Origin: Bacteroidota bacterium
GTDB taxonomy: Bacteria > Bacteroidota > Bacteroidia > NS11-12g > UBA955
NCBI GenBank assembly: GCA_947496065.1
Contig: CANMBF010000011.1
Span: forward strand, 334-64,333
Direction: 5' to 3'
Length of the DNA stretch: 64,000 nucleotides
Below are positions 57,873 through 64,000 of this stretch, piece after piece (within the stretch, counting starts at the first letter, position 1; the number at the start of each line of letters is the position of its first letter). The notes beneath the pieces are model-generated. The model was not told the DNA's origin and did no database searches. It saw nothing but the letters and a program-made list of their open reading frames with translations. The position numbers and the translations under genes were made by a program.

Positions 57873-58589
57873 TTAATCATTTACCAATGGTAAAAGTACC
57901 GCTTTGACTTTTAGATAACCTTCGCCCATCAAATGCCAACCATCGTTACTGTAGATTTCTTTTAAGTGTCCATTTTCATCCACTAATGGATGGTATAGGT
58001 CGACATAGTAGGCTTTGTGTTTTTGAGCCAATAACAATAAGCCAGCATTGAAATCTTCTGGAATCGTATTAACCTGATCTATGTCGTTTTTAAAAACAGG
58101 CAACATGCTCAATAGATATAGTTCTGTTTCGGGACATTTTTGGCGTATAAATATTACGATGTGTTCATAGTTTTGGAGCATTTCCTGCGCTTTAAGACCA
58201 TGGGTCATATCGTTGGTGCCAATTTGTAAGAATATTTTTTTAGGTGCTGTCTGGGTAATCTCATCAATACGGGTTAAAATACCTTTGATAATTTCGCCAT
58301 TGATACCCCGGTTTTTAATGTGATTGTTTTCCAAAAGTTCCGACCATTCACAACCATCTATAAGGCTATGTCCAATGAATAAAATATCTGTTGAATCTTG
58401 CGGAAGTATTTTAAACAAACTTTAACGTTGATCATAGTAAGGCCCAAAACCATGGTCTTCGTGCACTTGTTGAATGTGTAACTTATTTTTTATAAAACGC
58501 AAACCGCCTTTTTTTATAATGATGTAACTAGCACCACCTATCAATATGATGTTAATTATGATGGATAAGTAAGTGATTGCCTTAGTCAT
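57873..58589 (-). pseudogene. SGNH/GDSL hydrolase interrupted by an in-frame TAA (58422-58424) between the membrane anchor and the catalytic domain
   Basis: My translation of 58589-58425 gives MTKAITYLSIIINIILIGGASYIIIKKGGLRFIKNKLHIQQVHEDHGFGPYYDQR. A TAA follows, then S-L-FKILPQDSTDILFIGHSLIDGCEW... in the same frame (ORF 57873-58418). NRGINGE, GTNDM and DGWH blocks are present. Confidence 0.7.
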
Positions 58590-58687
58590 GAAGTGTTAGA
58601 GTTTAAAGAACAAAAGTATTTTAATTTTTTGGCTTCCCATTTTAATTTTGCATCTATTCTTTGAAATTTTTGATAGGAGAAATAGTT

Positions 58688-58695
58688 TAGATTTG
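58688..58695 (+). promoter_or_regulatory. candidate -7 promoter element TAGATTTG upstream of ybjQ-like gene
   Basis: Exact TAnnTTTG, 14 nt before the ATG at 58710. Confidence 0.35.
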
Positions 58696-58709
58696 TAAAA
58701 AATATTAAT

Positions 58710-59045
58710 ATGAGCAATATAACATTAATTACAACCAGTACTTCGTTAGAAGGCTATAAAGTGACAGAGCAATTGGGTTTAGTGCGAGGTATCACTGTGC
58801 GTTCACGCAGTATCTTGGGCAATATGGCGGGTGGCTTTATGACCATCTTTGGCGGTAAAAGTTCTATCTACACAGAATTGTGTGAGAAAGCTAGAGAAGA
58901 AGCCTATCAGTTAATGGTAGCGCACGGCACAGAGCTTGGTGCCAATGCCATCATCAATATGCGTTATGATGCCAATGAGGTAATGAACGGCTTGACCGAA
59001 GTACTTGCTTACGGCACCGCAGTAGTGGTAGAGAAAATTAATTAA
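58710..59045 (+). CDS. YbjQ/UPF0145 family protein
   Basis: Size (111 aa) and motifs GLVRGITVRSRS, GG.SS.YT and EVLAYGTAV. Confidence 0.8.
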   Translation: MSNITLITTSTSLEGYKVTEQLGLVRGITVRSRSILGNMAGGFMTIFGGKSSIYTELCEKAREEAYQLMVAHGTELGANAIINMRYDANEVMNGLTEVLAYGTAVVVEKIN

Positions 59046-59059
59046 ATTCTCTTATAAAT

Positions 59060-60268
59060 ATGAATTTCAAGTATTTGTATTTCATTATTTTTCTTTTCAT
59101 CTTTTGCGAATGCACGAATGCACCCAAAGTACCTGTAGGAAAAGCACAAATTAAAATCAAGCAAGTTGTAGGTGGTTTGACTGGTTCAGTATCCATGGAT
59201 TGCCCTAAGGACGGTAGTGGACGCTTGTTTATTTGTGAGCAAACAGGACAAATAAAAATCATCAAGGCGGGTCTATTGTTAGCCACTCCTTTTATAAACA
59301 TCAATACCCTTTTGGATGAAATCAATAAGAATTATTCTGAGAAGGGTTTATTGGGGTTGGCTTTTCATCCAGATTATAAAAACAATGGCAAATTTTATAT
59401 TTACTATGGCGCGGCTGATTCAAATAAAAAGTTCGATCATAAAAGCATCATTGCAGAATATAAAGTCTCTGCAAATCCTGATGAAGCTGATGTCACATCG
59501 GGCAGGGTGGTGATGGAAATACAACAACCTGAAAGTAATCACAATGGTGGCCAATTGGCATTCGGTCCTGATGGGTATTTGTATATCGGATCGGGCGATG
59601 GGGGCGGAGCGAATGATGAGCATGGCAGCATTGGCAATGGTCAAAATTTACAATCGCTTTTGGGTAAAATATTGCGCATTGATGTGAACACTGATTCGGC
59701 TTATAAGGTTCCAACAGACAATCCATTTATTGCTGATAAAACTGTTAAGCCAGAAATTTGGGCTTATGGTGTTCGCAACCCTTGGCGTTTTTCTTTTGAT
59801 AGAATCACTGGCCTTTTATTTTGTGCTGATGTCGGTCAGAACCAATGGGAAGAGGTAGACATTATTGAAAAAGGCAAAAATTATGGTTGGCGTATAATGG
59901 AGGCCAAGCATTGTTTTAATCCTGAACGTTTATGCAATACGCAAAACTTAGAATTACCGATTGCAGAGTATAACCATAGCGATGGCATATGCGTAACTGG
60001 CGGTTATGTATACAATGGGAAAAAGATGCCTTCACTCCAAGGTAAATATATTTTTGCTGATTGGACTGGCAAGCTTTTTTATTTAGAACGGGCTGCTAAC
60101 AATTGGACTTTGAAAGGCCTAATGATTACCGATAAACAAGACAATGATTTCAAAGAAAATATTAATAGCTTTGGTGAAGACGCGGCCGGTGAACTGTATC
60201 TTTTGACGCAAAAATCAACTGGTCCATTTGAAAAAAGTGGTTCTGTTTATGCCATCGTAAACGAATAA
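59060..60268 (+). CDS. PQQ-dependent soluble sugar (glucose/sorbosone) dehydrogenase
   Basis: GLLGLAFHPDY, HNGGQLAFGPDGYLYIGSGDGG, YGVRNPWRFSFD and GKNYGW motifs. N-terminal lipobox-like FIFC. Confidence 0.8.
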   Translation: MNFKYLYFIIFLFIFCECTNAPKVPVGKAQIKIKQVVGGLTGSVSMDCPKDGSGRLFICEQTGQIKIIKAGLLLATPFININTLLDEINKNYSEKGLLGLAFHPDYKNNGKFYIYYGAADSNKKFDHKSIIAEYKVSANPDEADVTSGRVVMEIQQPESNHNGGQLAFGPDGYLYIGSGDGGGANDEHGSIGNGQNLQSLLGKILRIDVNTDSAYKVPTDNPFIADKTVKPEIWAYGVRNPWRFSFDRITGLLFCADVGQNQWEEVDIIEKGKNYGWRIMEAKHCFNPERLCNTQNLELPIAEYNHSDGICVTGGYVYNGKKMPSLQGKYIFADWTGKLFYLERAANNWTLKGLMITDKQDNDFKENINSFGEDAAGELYLLTQKSTGPFEKSGSVYAIVNE

Positions 60269-60319
60269 TTTGTAATAGATTATTAAGAATATTTTCAAGT
60301 TATTTAATTAGTATTGAAA

Positions 60320-60530
60320 GCAGGTAAGGTTCGATTGTGCTTGCGGGCTGGGTCCATCCCGATTGCTATCGGGACGTAAAAATTTTAATTGGTCAGAGAT
60401 GAAGGGTTGATTTTGCGCGGCAAAGACCAGTTGAATTTTCTATGCGTGGTGGGCTTTTATTCGCAAGCTCATGATAACGCCTTTGGCTAAGTTTGGTTAC
60501 TTTTTGCCCATACAAAAAGTAACAAATAAC
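60320..60530. other. G+C-richer structured intergenic element upstream of uvrB (candidate ncRNA or dispersed repeat)
   Basis: Hairpins TCCCGAT-TGCT-ATCGGGA (60357-60374), TTTGC-GCG-GCAAA (60412-60424), and an 11-bp stem GTTACTTTTTG-CCCATA-CAAAAAGTAAC (60496-60523). Composition is clearly different from the other AT-rich spacers in the window. It contains no credible ORF. Confidence 0.35.
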
Positions 60531-60627
60531 AATACATTAATATTATTACATGCGTTGGTCGATTTCTGCCTTTTTGTTTCTCATTTTAGGCACATGCTTT
60601 CTATATTTTCAGTATCTTCGCAAATCC

Positions 60628-62658
60628 GTGCCAAAATTTGAATTAATATCGCCTTTTCAGCCTACCGGTGACCAACCAACCGCCATTAAACAGCTTGTAC
60701 AAGGCTTGAATGAAGGCACCCATGCGCAAACTTTATTGGGCGTTACTGGAAGCGGTAAAACCTTTACCATTGCCAATGTCATCCAACAAGTGCAAAAACC
60801 AACCTTGGTTTTGAGTCATAACAAAACCTTGGTTGCTCAGCTTTACGGTGAGTTTCAACAGTTTTTTCCTCAAAATGCGGTAGAGTATTTTGTGAGTTAT
60901 TACGATTATTATCAGCCTGAGGCTTTCTTGCCAACCACCAATACTTACATTGAAAAAGATTTAAATATCAATGAAGAAATTGAGAAGATGCGTTTGAAAA
61001 CCATTACCTCTTTGTTGAGTGGTAGAAGAGATGTGATTGTCGTAGCTTCGGTAAGTTGTATCTATGGTGCTGGTAATCCTGGTGATTATGAAGATAGCAT
61101 TATAAGGGTAAGCAAAGGACAAAAAATTGCAAGAAATAATTTCTTACATGCCTTGGTGAATAGTTTGTACAGCCGAACCACAGCTGACTTTAAACGGGGT
61201 AATTTCCGTGTAAAGGGCGATGTGGTAGATGTGTATTTGGCCTATAATGATTTTGGTTATCGCATTTCGTTTTTTGGAAATGAGATTGACGAGATTCAAG
61301 CTTTCGAACCATCGACAGGACATTTAATAGAATCATTTGATGATATTGCCATTTATCCTGCTAATATTTATGTTTCGCCACGCGAGCGCTTGAATGCTGC
61401 CATTCATGAAATACAAGATGATTTGGTAGGGCAAATAAAATTCTTTCAAGACCATGGAAAACCATTGGAGGCAAAGCGTTTGGAAGAAAGGGTGAATTTC
61501 GATTTAGAGATGATGCGTGAGTTAGGCTATTGCAGTGGCATCGAAAATTACAGTCGCTATATGGACCGAAGAAATCCCGGTGATAGACCCTTCTGTTTAT
61601 TGGATTATTTCCCAAAAGATTTCTTAACGGTGGTAGATGAAAGTCACGTGAGTATGCCGCAAGTGAGGGCGATGTATGGCGGCGACCGTGCAAGAAAAAT
61701 AAACCTAGTGGATTATGGCTTCAGATTACCTGCTGCTATGGACAATAGACCGTTAAAGTTCGAGGAGTTCGAAGCCATTATTGATCAGGTTATTTATGTA
61801 ACAGCAACCCCAGCCGATTACGAAATCCGTCAATCGGAAGGTGTGGTAGTGGAACAGGTTATTAGGCCAACAGGCCTATTGGATCCTGTCATCGAGGTTA
61901 GGCCTTGCGTGAACCAAGTTGACGATTTGTTAGATGAAGTAGAGGAACGCGTAAAAATGGGTGACAGGGTTTTAGTTACAACCTTGACCAAACGCATGAG
62001 CGAAGAGTTGGCCAAATACATGGCGCGTTTGGGCATTCGTTGTCAGTATATACACAGCGAGGTTAAAACCTTGGACAGGGTAGAGATATTGCGTGATTTG
62101 CGATTAGGCAACATTGATGTACTCATAGGAATTAACTTATTGAGAGAAGGATTGGATTTACCAGAGGTAAGTTTGGTTTGTATTTTAGATGCTGATAAAG
62201 AAGGTTTCTTACGCAGTGTTACCAGCATGGTGCAAACCATAGGTAGAGCCGCGCGTAACGAAAGAGGCAAGGTGATTATGTACGCTGATAAAATGACCGA
62301 GAGCATGCGCAAAACCATAGAGGAAACAGATAGAAGAAGAGAGAAACAGATGGCTTACAATACCAAGCATGGCATTACACCTACTACCGTTACCAAATCT
62401 AAAGATGAAATCATGAAGCAAACGAGTGTAGCCGATGCACGCTTTATTGAAGAACCGCGGTTCTATTCTGAGCCGGAGAGCATGAACTTGGCAGCTGATC
62501 CTGTGTTTGCTTACATGACCAAAAAGGAATTGGAAAAAGCCATTAAAGAAACAGAAAAGGCTATGCACCGTGCCGCCAAAGAAATGGAGTTTATGGAGGC
62601 AGCCCGTTTGAGAGATCAGATCGATGAATTAAAACGCAAAATGACCACTGCTGAATAA
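60628..62658 (+). CDS. uvrB: excinuclease ABC subunit B
   Basis: The likely start is GTG at 60628 (VPKFELISPFQPTGDQPTAI, the canonical UvrB N-terminus). GVTGSGKT Walker A, DESH box and a C-terminal UVR domain (MEFMEAARLRDQIDELK). Confidence 0.9.
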   Translation: MPKFELISPFQPTGDQPTAIKQLVQGLNEGTHAQTLLGVTGSGKTFTIANVIQQVQKPTLVLSHNKTLVAQLYGEFQQFFPQNAVEYFVSYYDYYQPEAFLPTTNTYIEKDLNINEEIEKMRLKTITSLLSGRRDVIVVASVSCIYGAGNPGDYEDSIIRVSKGQKIARNNFLHALVNSLYSRTTADFKRGNFRVKGDVVDVYLAYNDFGYRISFFGNEIDEIQAFEPSTGHLIESFDDIAIYPANIYVSPRERLNAAIHEIQDDLVGQIKFFQDHGKPLEAKRLEERVNFDLEMMRELGYCSGIENYSRYMDRRNPGDRPFCLLDYFPKDFLTVVDESHVSMPQVRAMYGGDRARKINLVDYGFRLPAAMDNRPLKFEEFEAIIDQVIYVTATPADYEIRQSEGVVVEQVIRPTGLLDPVIEVRPCVNQVDDLLDEVEERVKMGDRVLVTTLTKRMSEELAKYMARLGIRCQYIHSEVKTLDRVEILRDLRLGNIDVLIGINLLREGLDLPEVSLVCILDADKEGFLRSVTSMVQTIGRAARNERGKVIMYADKMTESMRKTIEETDRRREKQMAYNTKHGITPTTVTKSKDEIMKQTSVADARFIEEPRFYSEPESMNLAADPVFAYMTKKELEKAIKETEKAMHRAAKEMEFMEAARLRDQIDELKRKMTTAE

Positions 62659-62693
62659 TGAAATTTATACTGCTCATTCAGGGTAGTTTCTCT

Positions 62694-62701
62694 TATATTT
62701 G
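62694..62701 (+). promoter_or_regulatory. candidate -7 promoter element TATATTTG upstream of xth
   Basis: Exact TAnnTTTG, 31 nt before the ATG at 62733. Confidence 0.35.
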
Positions 62702-62732
62702 TCCATCTAAATTTTAAATTATTTTAATACCA

Positions 62733-63518
62733 ATGAAAGTAGTTACCTACAATGTAAACGGCATACGCTCGGCCATGAGCAAAGGCTTTATTGATTTTGT
62801 AAAAAAGGAAAATCCAGACGTGATTTGTTTGCAAGAAATAAAAGCCAATTATGAGGATATCGATGAAAAAGCGTTTACTGATTTAGGTTACCATTGCTAT
62901 TGGTACTCCGCTCAGAAAAAGGGTTACAGTGGTGTGGCCATTATAAGCAAACAAAAACCAGATTTAGTGACCAAAGGTTGTGGCCACGAATTGTTCGATT
63001 TCGAAGGCCGTGTGATACAAGCCGATTTTGGCGATACCAGTGTGTTGAGTTGTTATTTTCCTTCTGGCACTACGGGCGATATTCGTCAGGATATCAAATA
63101 TGAATTCCTGGATCATTTTATGAATTATGTTCAAACCCGCTCGCAGGCCTTATCGCCTAACGAAAAATACCACAATCAAAAATTGATTGTGTGTGGCGAT
63201 TATAATATCTGTCATAAAGAAATTGATATACACGACCCTAAAGGCAACAAAAACAGTTCGGGCTTTTTACCAGAAGAGCGCGCTTGGATGGACCGTTGGT
63301 TTGCAGCAGGTATGGTAGATTCGTTTAGAATCTTAAACCCTGAGCCACACCATTACACATGGTGGAGTTTTAGAGCCAATGCCCGTGCCAATAATAAAGG
63401 CTGGCGCATCGATTATATATCGGTATCAGAAAGTTTAAAATCAAATATTAAACAGTCGGGCATTTACAGCAACGAAACACATTCCGACCACTGCGGCTCA
63501 TACGCCATAATAGAATGA
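62733..63518 (+). CDS. xth: exodeoxyribonuclease III
   Basis: MKVVTYNVNGIRS, CLQEIK, GDYNICH and a C-terminal SDHC motif. Confidence 0.9.
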   Translation: MKVVTYNVNGIRSAMSKGFIDFVKKENPDVICLQEIKANYEDIDEKAFTDLGYHCYWYSAQKKGYSGVAIISKQKPDLVTKGCGHELFDFEGRVIQADFGDTSVLSCYFPSGTTGDIRQDIKYEFLDHFMNYVQTRSQALSPNEKYHNQKLIVCGDYNICHKEIDIHDPKGNKNSSGFLPEERAWMDRWFAAGMVDSFRILNPEPHHYTWWSFRANARANNKGWRIDYISVSESLKSNIKQSGIYSNETHSDHCGSYAIIE

Positions 63519-64000
63519 AGCAATGGTTGCCCATAGCGTTGAAGCAATGGTTGTGGTGGGTGTTTAAATCGCCACAGCGCAAGCAAATAGGCTTTGGTAC
63601 CTTGTTGACCGATATCAAAGGGTATTGGTCCATCCAAACCAAACCTACTAAATCCCTAAAACCCATCAGCATTTGCATAGGCATTAAAAACCGCAGTGAA
63701 CATTTGCTAACCCATGTCATCCCTTCTTTAAATGCAGCTGCGCACAAGGAACTCATTACCCTTTCAGTTTATGATGCGGGCAGTAATGATGTGCATAATT
63801 TGAAAGCAGCCATACAAGCGCTTTGGAGCGGACCATTAATTTATACTGAGCAAGCGCAAGACTTTACCCGTTCTAAAACCTTTAATGCCGCCATACTTCA
63901 AAGTTCAGATGAATATTTTATGGTATGCGATGCGGACATTGAATTGCCCAAGGACATTGTTCAAAAAATAAACACTTATGTAAAGCCCCACACTGCTTGG
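63515..64000 (+). CDS. GT2-like glycosyltransferase, partial (runs off the window end)
   Basis: Not in the ORF track. The ATG at 63515 overlaps the xth TGA (ATGA). My translation gives MKQWLPIALKQWLWWVFKSPQRKQIGFG...ISICIGIKNRSEHL...FMVCDADIELPKD, with a DxD-type motif. The frame is open to base 64000. Confidence 0.5.
   Translation, partial: MKQWLPIALKQWLWWVFKSPQRKQIGFGTLLTDIKGYWSIQTKPTKSLKPISICIGIKNRSEHLLTHVIPSLNAAAHKELITLSVYDAGSNDVHNLKAAIQALWSGPLIYTEQAQDFTRSKTFNAAILQSSDEYFMVCDADIELPKDIVQKINTYVKPHTAW

Noticed and set aside
60326-60350. GGTTCGATT string resembling a tRNA T-loop (possible tRNA fragment or att site)
   Set aside because: The flanking bases cannot form a T-stem or acceptor stem, and no integrase or other mobile-element gene is nearby.
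60550-60627. Hydrophobic 26-aa N-terminal extension of uvrB
   Set aside because: UvrB is cytoplasmic, and the family N-terminus (FxLxSxxxPxGDQP) begins at the in-frame GTG at 60628.
61361-62568. Three minus-strand ORFs (110, 68/91 and 119 aa) inside uvrB
   Set aside because: uvrB is unambiguous across this span. The antisense products have no motifs and odd R/H/C-rich composition.
1-64000. Search for CRISPR arrays, rRNA/tRNA genes, transposases, integrases, prophage, toxin-antitoxin or known defence genes
   Set aside because: I saw no regularly spaced direct repeats, no tRNA-like cloverleaf candidates and no ORF with the corresponding motifs. The window looks like core chromosome.

Overview
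Gene-dense 64-kb chromosomal window from a low-GC Bacteroidota genome. The gene content looks Sphingobacteriia/Pedobacter-like: three proteins with T9SS C-terminal sorting domains, a FecR / STN-TonB receptor / DUF4249 set, and TAnnTTTG -7 promoter motifs. This taxonomic call is inference from gene content only. I see about 60 protein genes and no rRNA, tRNA, CRISPR array, transposase, integrase or phage genes.

Gene content in order:
- A partial DUF1501 gene with two paralogous lipoproteins.
- A long plus-strand array: nrnA, two FKBP isomerases, rfbB, rfbA, then Wza, Wzc and a PHP tyrosine phosphatase.
- A convergent five-gene minus-strand operon: LuxE-like adenylating enzyme, CPBP protease, GT4, a polytopic GT-C/Wzy-like protein and a T9SS-secreted beta-helix protein.
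- Housekeeping genes: nadK, S41 peptidase, TauE, OxyR-like LysR, BCCP-like protein, PPTase, WD40 protein, dcd, comEC.
- A 1537-aa T9SS adhesin-like protein.
- Enoyl-CoA hydratase, tatD, LD-carboxypeptidase, gtrA, folK, wbqC.
- A FecR-TonB receptor-DUF4249 module, then a pfkB kinase, aat and a TSP3-repeat OmpA.
- A nine-gene minus-strand envelope/housekeeping array that includes dut and a Wzx-like flippase.
- SDR, menA, menC, another T9SS cargo protein, an SGNH hydrolase, ybjQ, a PQQ sugar dehydrogenase, uvrB, xth and a partial GT2-like gene.

Most of this is ordinary core genome, and I found no clear novel multi-gene system. The leads worth a second look are:
1. Two unrelated genes, the FecR anti-sigma and the SGNH hydrolase, are each cut by a single in-frame TAA at codon 56, with a near-cognate start codon directly after the stop.
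2. A G+C-richer, hairpin-rich ~210-bp element sits directly upstream of uvrB. It could be an ncRNA or a dispersed repeat.
3. The surface-signalling module has no ECF sigma gene.
4. The LuxE/CPBP/GT/T9SS beta-helix operon converges on the Wza-Wzc-phosphatase operon.
5. Two divergent gene pairs have start codons that share a CATG tetranucleotide, leaving no intergenic space.
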